Origin: an uncultured virus (IMG/VR IMGVR_UViG_3300037067_011710)
Lineage: Duplodnaviria > Heunggongvirae > Uroviricota > Caudoviricetes
Reading direction: 5' to 3' (one strand)
Virus record (IMG/VR): IMGVR_UViG_3300037067_011710
DNA length: 64,000 nucleotides
Part shown: positions 1-10,132 of the stretch, piece by piece
Numbering within the stretch: position 1 is the first letter of the stretch
How the letters are laid out: each line of letters begins with the position of its first letter
The notes under the pieces: model-generated
What the model was told of the DNA's origin: nothing
Database searches by the model: none
The model's input: only the letters and a program-made list of their open reading frames with translations
Translations under genes and position numbers: made by a program

Positions 1-2293
1 CCTTTTCGATGTCGCTGTGAACCGTTCCTCCTTCGTTCACCCCGTTGAATACGCATTCACCGGAAAGTGCTTGCCGCGACGTGCCGGAAGACGCGCTGAT
101 GGTATATGAAAACTTTCCTCCTTCTGCGCTCCCGCTTGCAACAGCAATCTCAAACATCGTCGTCGCAGATCCGTCAGTAAGCGCCTGCTGTGCAACAAGA
201 GTTTTATCTACGAAAGCAAGCTCTGCCGTTGATACCGTAGAGCTCGCCTGCAGCCCTTTATCGGCGTCGAAATATGCAACCATATCTGCAGTTGCATAAT
301 TAAATTTATGCTCAACTAGGCTTGTGATCGCTGCAGACCCGATAGACATTTTTGTAGTCGGTAATTGATCCGCAGAAGCGTCACGAGTCTGAAAAACCAT
401 GCTTCCTATATGACTAGCATTTCCGACTTCTTCAGCACCTATTCTTACTGAAGGGTAATTATTACCAGTAAAATGATCAATACCTATATACGTTTTTCCC
501 TGTGCGCTTCCGGAGCTTCCCTGACTCTGCACGCGAAAGAGCTCTAAATCAGTAGACGCTGACGTCACAACAGATCGGGTATTGGCAGCATCGTAAAACA
601 TGTTGCTCTCGTTGAATGCTGTTGACGAAGAAGCGTATGGAAAATAATTAGTTGTAACTCCATGAGCTGCTGCTGCTTTAGCATTAAGCTGCGTCTGCAC
701 GGCAGACGTCGCACCGGAAAGGTATCCGAGTTCTGTTGATGTCACAGTGCTCGCTTGTAATCCTTTATCGGCGTCGAGGTACACAGCTCTGCTTGCGGTC
801 GAGTAATCAAGCTTGTGTTCGTAATAGCTGATTATTTTTCCATCTGAAGCGATACCAAATCTATTTGTTCCTGTCAAAGTATTATTGTTTGCCGCAGTAT
901 AAAAACCTATTGAGGTAGCTGCATTGAGTAAATTCGATCCTCCACCGATCAATAACTGATTGTCAATATCATCATTAAAAATAACAAGTGCAGCCGACCC
1001 TTCCTCATCATTGTCATATTGTATAGCTGCTATTCTTGCCTCTTTAGGATTATCGTCTGTACGTGTGGTTGCTCCGGACGGATCAGCTCCGAGAAACAGC
1101 GTTTTTCCGCTCGATGAAATATCAAATTTTCCTTTAGGGATTGTGGTATTTATCCCGTCATTTGTTCCGTCATAATAAATATTGCTCGTTCCCCAGGTGG
1201 ATGTAGTAAGCGAATATGGGGTATATCCTGCGGTTACTCCGTGGTATGATTTTCCGGAACTGTCTGAAGCTTCGGCACTGTCGGCCTTTCCATGAAGCGG
1301 TAACCGATCATTAAGCGTATCCCTGATAATGTCGAGGGAGTCTGAAATATTTACGGTAGAAGCCGCACCTATCCCGGTGCGAAAAGACGAGGCAGATATT
1401 CCGCCAACTTTACCATCACCTCGAATAATAGGAACTGTATCGGTCATAGCAATAATAGGAAGATCTTTAATAATCAGAGAATCTTCAACCTGCAATCCGC
1501 CATGTTTAATCCATACCGGCTTCCACGTTCTCGAAGGGCTATTTTCCATACTATCATTTAATGACAATTGTGCCGTCTGCTCATCTATTGCTAAATGATG
1601 AATGCTTTTATCAGGCAATGCATCTTCAGACGTAATCAACGCAAACCTTGAAAACCCTGAATAAAAACCTGTTGTTAGCCGTTCCCAAACCATCCTACAT
1701 ACACCAACATTATATCCGTATTGTGTTCCCCCGTTGTAAAAGTTAATATCAGCAGAAGTACCAGCGTCTATTGACGCATTATATATTAAAAAAGTAGGAT
1801 TAGTTAATGAATAGGTTCCAAAATAAAGAACCGGTCCACCATCGTAATAATTCCAGTTTCCCCACATTAGAGCACTATCGCCAAGAGTTGTTGGTCCGGT
1901 CGAATGCGTCAGATAATTTTTTGGCACACCATGAACAAATCCTCCTGAAACTCCTGCACTGTCAGCATACCCAACGCTGTCAGGGGTATTAAAAGCAGTG
2001 TCGGCAACCCCTGAAACACCGGAACTGTCGGAGTATGTTGAATGCGCTGTTATCGAATCGAGCGGCCATGTTTTGAGCAGGTTTGATGCGCTGTCGAAAA
2101 CCGCCGAATATTTCGGATTGGTGGAAAGAGGCTTTTTACCAACGTAAAGAGCAGAGTCAACCCTTAATCCGCTTTTATGCGTTATGGGGTTAACCGCAAT
2201 ATGAACACTATCATTAAATTCTTTAACAGCAACCGCAGTAAAGAACAATAACAGAATCAATGTTCCGGGTCGGACGATTCGTATGTCACCCAA
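1..2293 (-). CDS. Tail fibre/spike-like protein, partial (runs off window start), with N-terminal signal-peptide-like segment
   Basis: Not in the ORF track, consistent with no stop inside the window. I translated both ends in the same frame: TTG start MGDIRIVRPGTLILLLFFTAVA..., and an internal repeat (Y-[LF]-DADKGLQAS-x-V-x-x-x-EL) at about 220-320 and 720-830. Ser/Thr/Gly-rich, downstream of tail genes. Confidence 0.6.
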   Translation of the reverse strand, partial: MGDIRIVRPGTLILLLFFTAVAVKEFNDSVHIAVNPITHKSGLRVDSALYVGKKPLSTNPKYSAVFDSASNLLKTWPLDSITAHSTYSDSSGVSGVADTAFNTPDSVGYADSAGVSGGFVHGVPKNYLTHSTGPTTLGDSALMWGNWNYYDGGPVLYFGTYSLTNPTFLIYNASIDAGTSADINFYNGGTQYGYNVGVCRMVWERLTTGFYSGFSRFALITSEDALPDKSIHHLAIDEQTAQLSLNDSMENSPSRTWKPVWIKHGGLQVEDSLIIKDLPIIAMTDTVPIIRGDGKVGGISASSFRTGIGAASTVNISDSLDIIRDTLNDRLPLHGKADSAEASDSSGKSYHGVTAGYTPYSLTTSTWGTSNIYYDGTNDGINTTIPKGKFDISSSGKTLFLGADPSGATTRTDDNPKEARIAAIQYDNDEEGSAALVIFNDDIDNQLLIGGGSNLLNAATSIGFYTAANNNTLTGTNRFGIASDGKIISYYEHKLDYSTASRAVYLDADKGLQASTVTSTELGYLSGATSAVQTQLNAKAAAAHGVTTNYFPYASSSTAFNESNMFYDAANTRSVVTSASTDLELFRVQSQGSSGSAQGKTYIGIDHFTGNNYPSVRIGAEEVGNASHIGSMVFQTRDASADQLPTTKMSIGSAAITSLVEHKFNYATADMVAYFDADKGLQASSTVSTAELAFVDKTLVAQQALTDGSATTMFEIAVASGSAEGGKFSYTISASSGTSRQALSGECVFNGVNEGGTVHSDIEK

Positions 2294-2538
2294 TTAGGTG
2301 CTCCTACTCCAAAGTTTGAATCATATTGCCAGTGCAAAACATGTCCCACCTCTATTCGTCTCCAGTATTTCAGCGCCGGAAGGTCGCCGCCGGCTTCAAG
2401 TGCCTGAATCAATGAATCGAGTAACCGTTTATCTGCTTTCTTGTCGAGTTCTCTTTTCAACCAGTTCAGAACACCGGCAATCTCACCAACCACCTGATCG
2501 GTTTTTTGATTGCCGGTTAATTGAAAAGAGTAGGACAT
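2257..2538 (-). CDS. Hypothetical protein (tail module)
   Basis: 93-aa ORF co-oriented and packed in the structural operon. Confidence 0.55.
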   Translation of the reverse strand: MSYSFQLTGNQKTDQVVGEIAGVLNWLKRELDKKADKRLLDSLIQALEAGGDLPALKYWRRIEVGHVLHWQYDSNFGVGAPNWVTYESSDPEH

Positions 2539-2567
2539 AATTTTCCATGATAATTAAAAATACAATA

Positions 2568-3239
2568 CTATGGTAACTTACCAGTAAAATCTAATCGCAT
2601 ATTTATCGGTGCCGTAGCAAATGGCTCACCGGCATTCCTATATACCTCATTAGAAATATGACCTGCTATATATCTAAGATATCCATCCTCCCACCCACCA
2701 TTTCCTATACCAGCTTGCTGTATCAAAACAGGTATAGTAAAAGGACCATTTATCCAATATGGGCCGCCCGATGGGATTTTAAAAGCAAAGGAATTTGAAC
2801 CGCCGTCATAAGAAAGGCTTGAATCCGGGACAAAAAAGAAATTAAATAATTTTCCAGCAATTACAGTATATTCAAAAGTTCCCCACGCAGTATCTGAATT
2901 GTGATTACAATAAACAAAGGCCGGTCCAGAAGTTGTTGTCGATAAGCTTTTATATGCTCCTCCATTTTTGTAATAAAAAGAATCACATCTAACAGCTTCA
3001 CTAAATGTACCATTAACCCCATTATACCCACCGGTATTGTTGATCGAATCAGTAACTAATTCTACTAAAGCATTTACAGTATCAGCAATAACCTTATCAC
3101 ATTCCACTGTTTTTCCAACCGTTAAGCCACTATCAATTTTTACACCGCGTTTAATATGGGCAGAATCGATTCTCGCAGTCCACCCGAAAGACATTCCAAT
3201 CATCACCAACACCAAGAAAATAGTTTTCATACCGGACAT
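2568..3239 (-). CDS. Signal-peptide-bearing fibre-like hypothetical protein
   Basis: MKTIFLVLVMIGMSFG-W resembles a Sec signal; beta-rich body. Confidence 0.6.
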   Translation of the reverse strand: MSGMKTIFLVLVMIGMSFGWTARIDSAHIKRGVKIDSGLTVGKTVECDKVIADTVNALVELVTDSINNTGGYNGVNGTFSEAVRCDSFYYKNGGAYKSLSTTTSGPAFVYCNHNSDTAWGTFEYTVIAGKLFNFFFVPDSSLSYDGGSNSFAFKIPSGGPYWINGPFTIPVLIQQAGIGNGGWEDGYLRYIAGHISNEVYRNAGEPFATAPINMRLDFTGKLP

Positions 3240-4570
3240 ACTGCTTTTCCTCCTGCTACAATGTCGTCATATAGGTACTCAAGCGCGTCGGCGCTGAGCT
3301 GTTTGCTGTATATTCTAATCCCGAAATACTCTCCAGACAGAAGAGTGCGATTCGCTGCAAGGCCGCTCGCCGCTCGTTTATGGTACATCAAAAAACCACT
3401 ATGAGTACCGTATAGCGTCATACCGGCAACCCCGGAGATACCTGAACCTGATTTTATCCAGATCACAACCGTATAGTCGGAAACTGCCGCTGCGTTATCA
3501 AGCGTTGTGGCCCCACAGGAGACCGCAGAATAGCTTTGGCCGTCCGGTCCGGCTATCGCAGTACCCGACCCAAGGTTAAGGCCTGTAACGCGATTCAGAA
3601 GCGGCAGGATGCCCCGGCAAACATGAAGCAACATCCCGGTAGCCAGCTCAAGCTGTATGGTATGCTCGGTCATCGTACGCTTTGCAGTAGACTTTGCCTC
3701 GTCGCTTCCAAGAAAGTTATGGATGTGATTGAGCACTGTAATCTCCGAAGCCGTCCCACTTACCGCCATCTGCTGGCGATTGCTCTTCATTTTCCTGCCA
3801 CTGAATACCACCTCCCCGCCTTCAGGGAAGTTCTCTGCGGTTGCCCCTGCATCGGTCTGCTCACCATCGGCGTAAGCCTTCAGGGTAAGCTGTTGAGCGT
3901 TACGAAGGCCCGTTGCGGCATATCCTTCGGCCCCGCGATTTCGAACGTCATCCGGACGGACATCGATAGAAGAATCCTCATGGGTGATAAATTTTCGTTC
4001 CTCGATGATACTGAATACCGTTTCGGCCTCTCGCTTCTCCCATGAAATTTCAGAGTTCTGTATACCTTCCTTGTCCACTGGCGCCGGACGGTCGTGAACT
4101 ATCCGATCGCTGGTATCTATTTCGTACACCCTGAAATCAGTCTGATCATGGCACACAACCCTGTCCTGGGCGTTGTCGTCTAGAATGCTTGATACACCGA
4201 AGTTATCAGCCGGATCAATCCAGTTTGTCCCGGTTAATTTAGACCACCCGCGACCCTCATTTTCTTCGGTTGCAAACCTCAAACACGTCTCTTCTGCCGT
4301 GGTTTCTCCGGGTACTGAAATTATGAAATGAGTTCTGGTCACCGTCACCGTCGTAGTATCGGAGAGTGTAACCACCTGAACAACAGTGTACGAATTCTCG
4401 GTATAAAAAGTATGCTTCGGATTCTGCTCTTCAGAAGATGTCCCGTCACCGAAATCCCACTCCCACGCCACGGCATCAACGGTGGTATCGGTGAACTGAA
4501 TCACCAGCGGGGTTTCCCCGATTACTTTATCAACGATAAAACTCATGCCAACATCTCCGCCTCGTTCCAA
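3227..4570 (-). CDS. PKD-domain tail protein with C-terminal LamG/ConA-like segment
   Basis: PKD signature IQFTDTT..AWEWDFGDGTSSEEQNPKHTF; C-terminal YTVVIWIK...IRIYSKQLSADALEYLY is LamG-like. The start is probably at 4546. Confidence 0.75.
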   Translation of the reverse strand: MERGGDVGMSFIVDKVIGETPLVIQFTDTTVDAVAWEWDFGDGTSSEEQNPKHTFYTENSYTVVQVVTLSDTTTVTVTRTHFIISVPGETTAEETCLRFATEENEGRGWSKLTGTNWIDPADNFGVSSILDDNAQDRVVCHDQTDFRVYEIDTSDRIVHDRPAPVDKEGIQNSEISWEKREAETVFSIIEERKFITHEDSSIDVRPDDVRNRGAEGYAATGLRNAQQLTLKAYADGEQTDAGATAENFPEGGEVVFSGRKMKSNRQQMAVSGTASEITVLNHIHNFLGSDEAKSTAKRTMTEHTIQLELATGMLLHVCRGILPLLNRVTGLNLGSGTAIAGPDGQSYSAVSCGATTLDNAAAVSDYTVVIWIKSGSGISGVAGMTLYGTHSGFLMYHKRAASGLAANRTLLSGEYFGIRIYSKQLSADALEYLYDDIVAGGKAVCPV

Positions 4571-4965
4571 ACTCCTGCAACTCGTTTGCCGAAATAAATG
4601 CCATCAGTGGTTACACGTATCCTCATGCTACCGTTGGTATCCTGATCTCCGAATGCCAGAGTAAACGGTAATGGGAACTCAATACGGGCATTTGCAATAT
4701 CAATTTTGAATCCAGTGTCATATGTCGCCTTTCCATCGGAGTCCACGAAAACAACACTGTTTTCCGGGATAACCCCGTCCTCGGTGGAATCCTGAAAGGT
4801 TTTGTGAAAATTGCCGTCCTTGTCCGCGAATACAATAGCGTTCCGGTCATTGGCAATACCCATCATTCCCTCGGTCAACTTAGTGATAAGCGTCGCATAC
4901 GGATCGTTCATTCTCACGACAAGCGCTTTTACGTCGGGACTGGCATGTTCATATTCACTAGCCAT
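4543..4965 (-). CDS. Hypothetical tail-associated protein
   Basis: 140-aa ORF overlapping its neighbours; fibre-like motif SVVFVDSDGK. Confidence 0.55.
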   Translation of the reverse strand: MASEYEHASPDVKALVVRMNDPYATLITKLTEGMMGIANDRNAIVFADKDGNFHKTFQDSTEDGVIPENSVVFVDSDGKATYDTGFKIDIANARIEFPLPFTLAFGDQDTNGSMRIRVTTDGIYFGKRVAGVWNEAEMLA

Positions 4966-7258
4966 TGATTACTCCGATTTCCTGATAAATTGTATCCTCT
5001 TCTCCGTCTTCAACATCTTGAATAATGGTATCCTCTTCTCCGCTCTCAACTTCCTGAATCACCTGATATACAGTAGCCGATGGAGTTGTATTCGGAAGAT
5101 TGCGCGTCATCCATAGTTTGAATCCTCCATACGGAGAATAATGGCTTACAAGCCTTGTCGCCTGGTCAAGCTTCTGAAGATAATACCGTGATACCGCATC
5201 TCTTCCTGATTGGTATGCGAAATTCTGCACACTCCACGCCGTGCCATCAAAACTCCTGAAAGCACCGTCGTCTGTGAACGCATAAAGGAGCCCCTCATTT
5301 TTAAACTGTAGTGTCTGCCACAAATTGACACCACGCTTCGGATCAACAATCCCCATTTCAGGAAGTTCGAAAATATTTTCTCCGACTTCTGAATTTCCGA
5401 CGTTCTGTGAATTATTGAGTGCCAGCGATCCAGTCTGCTTCCGCATCAAAACGATTGCCCTGAACGGGAATTTAACGATATGCCGAATGGTTCCCCCGAC
5501 CTTCTTTGCCTGAGTAGGATCCCGATAATACCCTATGTGGTAATCCTTATCCCCGATCTGCGAGTAATAATACCGCATACCGTCTCTGGGAGCGGCCACC
5601 ATGAACCCGTTTCCAATCATTCCGCAATCTGAGCTCGGTATTGGCTTACACTGCCTCCTGGGAACATAAATATCTGTTCCGTACTCGTAAAAATCCTTCA
5701 GGCTTACCGTCGAGATATCGGTAGGATCGTCGGGAACGGTGTCGTTCCACTTGCGACTAAAATTTCCCGACAACGGTTTCATTGTTATCGCCAACTCGGT
5801 AAAATCGTCACTGTCCAGTACTTCGACTTGTACGGTACTGATATACCTTTTAACATACCGGTAAGTTCCATCACTGACAAACACCATTAACCCGACATCA
5901 CCAGACACAAAAGTATCAGTTCCGTCGTTTATGGTCAAAATATTACCGGTCTGACTGGCCTTCATCACACGACCGCCGCCAATTGCACAAGCCAATGACG
6001 TACCATTAAGACCGGCTCCCAGGTCAGTAGATGTCCCGCTATTGAAAACGCTTATACTTGCGGTATTTCCGTTATGGTCCTTTAGAGTACACGAAACATC
6101 TCCAAGTACAAATTCATTCCCCGAAAGAAGCGTTGCCACATTAGCCGCCACATCGATTAAAAACGCTTTTGCCACAGGTATATCAGCGGTATAGATAAAA
6201 AGATCCCGACGATTTCCAATTCCATTTATCGATGATGATACTCCCCCGCTTGATTCTCCTATATTGCGACTGCGATAATCGGTGAAGTGCGTAACGCAAA
6301 GTACTGTATCGGGAAGCGTATACGTTCCAACTTCGTGAGTCACCGCAAGGTCAGCCCCGGGTTCGGTATCGTAATAAACTTCACCATAATCCTTTATCTG
6401 GCCATCCACAAGGTTCATCGCCGATTCAAAAAGGATTTCACTGTCCAACCGGCTCCTATTCCCGGTTCCGGCAAGAATAGAAAAGGAATATCCATGCAGA
6501 TACCCGTATATTTTAGTCACTGTCTCAACCACGTCGACAATCAACACCGAAGGTACCGGGAGGTTAACCGGATGCATCCATGGTTCGGTATCCAAAATAA
6601 TTTTGAATATCCCACCGATTGCCGAAAACAGGAAAACATCATCACCATGCTTTTGCATCCACGACACACCATCAGGGTTTGTGCCGTGAACATTCAATAC
6701 CTTCTTCATAGTGGTCATTGCCTTGTCAAAAATATAAACACATTGCCCATACATTCTGACAAGAACACCCTTCGAATCGTGGTCCTCTTCGGCGTTTATT
6801 TCTCCCCAAAAAACCCAACCATCTCCATCGGCAGTGATATTTATTGCAGTTCCGGCTATGGCATTGGCATAAGAAGTTGCCAGTTTAACCTTATTTGTTG
6901 CAGTAGAAATAATCCAATAAGCGGTACCCTCAGCGAATGGCGACGGCAAAGCTACCCCGGAAAGATAAACGATGTCCCCGGTAATCCAATCGTGGGTATT
7001 CTTGAGGGTAATTTCGTTACCCGAAACATCTACACTCGATATCTCTATTCCCCAACGCCATGAGGTATACGGTCGGCTTCCGCTACGCACCTTATAATAG
7101 TCGCCGAAATCGATAACATTTTCATTGAGTGCAGAGAATTGATTCGGAATCTTCGACGCCGGTTCGCCGGTAAGCATTCCTTGAAATGATGTGATAGCCT
7201 TCGGTATGGGTTTATCACTCGTCCGTGGTTCTCTCGGGATTCTGTTTCTCAAGCTCAT
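4958..7258 (-). CDS. Tail nozzle/DNA stabilisation protein (podovirus-type)
   Basis: N-terminus ITSFQGML...ALNENVIDFG...KVRSG is typical of tail tubular/stabilisation proteins; beta-propeller-like; follows the adaptor. Confidence 0.6.
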   Translation of the reverse strand: MSLRNRIPREPRTSDKPIPKAITSFQGMLTGEPASKIPNQFSALNENVIDFGDYYKVRSGSRPYTSWRWGIEISSVDVSGNEITLKNTHDWITGDIVYLSGVALPSPFAEGTAYWIISTATNKVKLATSYANAIAGTAINITADGDGWVFWGEINAEEDHDSKGVLVRMYGQCVYIFDKAMTTMKKVLNVHGTNPDGVSWMQKHGDDVFLFSAIGGIFKIILDTEPWMHPVNLPVPSVLIVDVVETVTKIYGYLHGYSFSILAGTGNRSRLDSEILFESAMNLVDGQIKDYGEVYYDTEPGADLAVTHEVGTYTLPDTVLCVTHFTDYRSRNIGESSGGVSSSINGIGNRRDLFIYTADIPVAKAFLIDVAANVATLLSGNEFVLGDVSCTLKDHNGNTASISVFNSGTSTDLGAGLNGTSLACAIGGGRVMKASQTGNILTINDGTDTFVSGDVGLMVFVSDGTYRYVKRYISTVQVEVLDSDDFTELAITMKPLSGNFSRKWNDTVPDDPTDISTVSLKDFYEYGTDIYVPRRQCKPIPSSDCGMIGNGFMVAAPRDGMRYYYSQIGDKDYHIGYYRDPTQAKKVGGTIRHIVKFPFRAIVLMRKQTGSLALNNSQNVGNSEVGENIFELPEMGIVDPKRGVNLWQTLQFKNEGLLYAFTDDGAFRSFDGTAWSVQNFAYQSGRDAVSRYYLQKLDQATRLVSHYSPYGGFKLWMTRNLPNTTPSATVYQVIQEVESGEEDTIIQDVEDGEEDTIYQEIGVING

Positions 7259-7911
7259 CGTGACCCCGGATAATCAAGATACTGAGGCTGAAACGGAGTA
7301 AGTCCCGATGTACTTCCCATTCCAGAGTTCAATTTCTTTCGTATCTCCTTGGCAACCTTTTCTATCACCGCAGAATCATACGGTGATTCTCCATACCCTT
7401 CGGTAGTAAACATTGAGACCACACCTTTTCTCAAAAGATAATGCGTCTCCTCCGGAAGAGTGAGTTCAATAGAAATGTCAGTAATTCGCGTCGGTTTGAT
7501 GTAGTACAGGTGATGGTATTTATCGGTTGTCGTTCCAGGATTGCTTCTGAATCGTATTTTTGCTACACTGCTGATATTTGCGTCCCTGCCTTCACAATCG
7601 GCCTGAACATACGATTTATTGCTGTAATAGTATTGCCGTTCGTTTCCGACATTCCTTGAATACCCCTTTGCCGGACTCTCTGAAAATACCGCGGCGGTCT
7701 TTCGACAATCACTCGGGCAATCGTACTCATACACGCTATCATTCGTTACAAGAAGCGGCGGCATTCCAGTCGAAAGAATCTTCTGCGTCTGAAAGCAGTT
7801 CTGCGAATACACAATAAGCTGAACTTCATCAAACGCGTCTATAATCTCCTGCAGGGATGCATTAGAGACGCGCCGTTGAATCATCGTGACATTTGCCTGA
7901 GTAGTCGGCAT
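7255..7911 (-). CDS. Head-tail adaptor protein
   Basis: YEYDCPSDC...YYIKP...LPEETHYLL pattern; position between capsid and nozzle genes. Confidence 0.6.
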   Translation of the reverse strand: MPTTQANVTMIQRRVSNASLQEIIDAFDEVQLIVYSQNCFQTQKILSTGMPPLLVTNDSVYEYDCPSDCRKTAAVFSESPAKGYSRNVGNERQYYYSNKSYVQADCEGRDANISSVAKIRFRSNPGTTTDKYHHLYYIKPTRITDISIELTLPEETHYLLRKGVVSMFTTEGYGESPYDSAVIEKVAKEIRKKLNSGMGSTSGLTPFQPQYLDYPGSR

Positions 7912-8767
7912 TTAATCTTCCAAGGTTGCTACCGGTTCAGGATCAAGCGCTTTTCCCTGTTTCTCAAGAATGGCCTGAATCATTTCCGGTATGTCCTTCG
8001 TCGTTTTGTTGTCACCGTTTTTCAGTCCTATCTTTCGATAGTGCTTTTTGAGTTCGTGAAGCTTCATTGACCTCAAAGCCCCCTCACCTATGGTGACGAT
8101 TTCTTTTCCATCACTAACGGCTATTACTTGGCGTTCAACCAGGTCTTTTTCTTTCTCGTTGAGATTGGCTTCGCGCAAATCCTGATCCTGCTTCTTTCTG
8201 GCAAGCTCAAGGTTCTGGTCGGCGATATTCTTTTCCTCGATTTTAAGATCGGTCACCTGCATTGCTTCGGGCTTGTCGACGTCCCGCTGGAAGGTGTGCA
8301 TCAGCTTGAACCATGCCTCATTAAACTTCTTCGTCTTCGGGTCCATAATCTCAAGTTTCTTTTCCCACATCTTTTCGACAATCTGCCGAATATCGTCATC
8401 AACGATAAACCACGTCTTGTTTGGAAAACACGATGCAAGAAGCTTCATATTTCTTGGTGTAACCGGGCATTCCGCTCTAAACCCGCCGACGCCGCCAATC
8501 GGTCGATGCCATACTATGCTTCCGGGAGAACGATATCGAACAGATAATTCTCCACTGCCCCTGTTTTTACTGATAATGGCATCCTCAAAACCTTCTGTTT
8601 TTTCAAACTCCGCCGTCTTGTTTAGGTCGCTCCAGTTCCACCTCAGGGTAATTACCCGAAACGGATTTCCGTACTCGTCCATCACTCCTTTTGCTTGGCT
8701 TATCCAATACTCACGGGTAAGCACGGTATTTGCCTTAACCGGGATTGTATTGTCTGTGTAAATCATA
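7912..8767 (-). CDS. Hypothetical protein with coiled coil and C-terminal Rho-N/HeH-like motif
   Basis: LRSMKLHELKKHYRKIGLK...IPEMIQAILE motif. Start set at ATG 8767 because the ORF-track GTG lies inside the terminator hairpin. Confidence 0.6.
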
Positions 8768-8790
8768 AATAGTCCTCGTTTGACATCATG

Positions 8791-8821
8791 AAAAGTGCTC
8801 CCCACTTACAGGGCGGGGAGC
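8791..8821 (-). terminator. Intrinsic terminator after major capsid gene
   Basis: Minus strand GCTCCCCGC-CCTGTAA-GTGGGGAGC-ACTTTT. Confidence 0.65.
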
Positions 8822-8833
8822 TTACCCTATTGG

Positions 8834-10129
8834 TTACGTTGCCTGCGTGTAGTAGTTCCCGGTCGGCGGCACTGCGAACGGAATAACAGCAGAACCATCC
8901 TGCTGCATGGTCGTCGCGTCACCACTGGTCACGTCAAATCGAACCTGCTCCATGCCGACACTGCAGAAGATCCCGGCACCGAAATACTTGTCGTACATTT
9001 CGTACTCGTACTCCCAATGGAAATCTTCGGGCATTACCTCACCCATTGCATTCGCAGCAAGCAGAAAACCGATCTGTCGGGCATTCGCGGTCTTATCCCT
9101 CGGATCGCTCGTACCGTCGTCGGCGCGTCCACACCCGTAGTACTTGCAGGTTATGGTGTAATCCGCCCCACCGTCGCTGAGGTAGCTTCCGCTATTGCTG
9201 GCGCTTCCACCAATGGTAATGGTCGGATACCGTGAGTCCTCAACGAAATGAAGTCCCTGAAAGCGTCCGATGGAGTTCGGATACTTCTTCAGAACATCCT
9301 GGCTCATACTGGCTGCTGCGGTCCACAGATACCCGACGTTTCCGTCCTGTATCAGTTTAAGCAGCCATGTTTTCTGCGGTGTCGGGAGGGTAATGACATA
9401 CCCGTCACTCCCGTCGGGGAACAGAATCGGGGTTTTGTGGCCGTCTCCACGCGCCCAATCCTCAAGTTCCATGAAAAACCCAAGGCTGGCACACGCGCTT
9501 ATACCGGTCCCTGCCGCTGTTACCGCGGCCGCAACGGTATCAACCCAATCCTGCGGGTCGGTCACCCACACGGGCTGCTGCGCTGCGCTGCGGTTGGGAA
9601 TAAACCAACTCGGCGAAAGTCCGGAGGGAAGAAAGTGCGGTGCGTCTTCAAGGTTTTCACTCTGAAGCTGAAGAAGGGTCTGCCGGCGCATTTTCCCGAA
9701 ATACTGTTTGTACCACGTCGCCATACCTTCAACTCGATACTCGAACACATTGAAAGGCTTCTTCTCAATGGCACCAATACCATAGTTCTGGTTGGCGGTG
9801 GTTTTCGACAGGTCGGTATACCGGATGGTCCAAAACTTCAGTTCCGCATCTTCCTCGGTAAGCCTCGGGTCCGCATTCGAACCAAGGTTCGGAGCTCCGC
9901 TGAATTCCTTCCGCATTGCCACTTTAATGGTGCGGGACTTAGTTGCATCTGCCTGAATTTTCAGATAAACCTCTTGCGGGATCTGCATTGGTTCATCCGC
10001 TGTCGGATTGATGAAATTGGCTGAAAGCGAGTCGAAAATATCATTGGGAAGATATTCCGACCGTACTTTGGTCAGAATCGTCTCAATGTATAGTCCCTCG
10101 TCAATTCCAGCAGGATAATTGATACTCAT
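8834..10129 (-). CDS. Major capsid protein (N4 gp56-like/HK97 fold)
   Basis: 431 aa after portal and scaffold; SIGRFQGLHFVE and EYEMYDKYFGAGI motifs; followed by a terminator. Confidence 0.75.
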   Translation of the reverse strand: MSINYPAGIDEGLYIETILTKVRSEYLPNDIFDSLSANFINPTADEPMQIPQEVYLKIQADATKSRTIKVAMRKEFSGAPNLGSNADPRLTEEDAELKFWTIRYTDLSKTTANQNYGIGAIEKKPFNVFEYRVEGMATWYKQYFGKMRRQTLLQLQSENLEDAPHFLPSGLSPSWFIPNRSAAQQPVWVTDPQDWVDTVAAAVTAAGTGISACASLGFFMELEDWARGDGHKTPILFPDGSDGYVITLPTPQKTWLLKLIQDGNVGYLWTAAASMSQDVLKKYPNSIGRFQGLHFVEDSRYPTITIGGSASNSGSYLSDGGADYTITCKYYGCGRADDGTSDPRDKTANARQIGFLLAANAMGEVMPEDFHWEYEYEMYDKYFGAGIFCSVGMEQVRFDVTSGDATTMQQDGSAVIPFAVPPTGNYYTQAT

Positions 10130-10132
10130 AGG

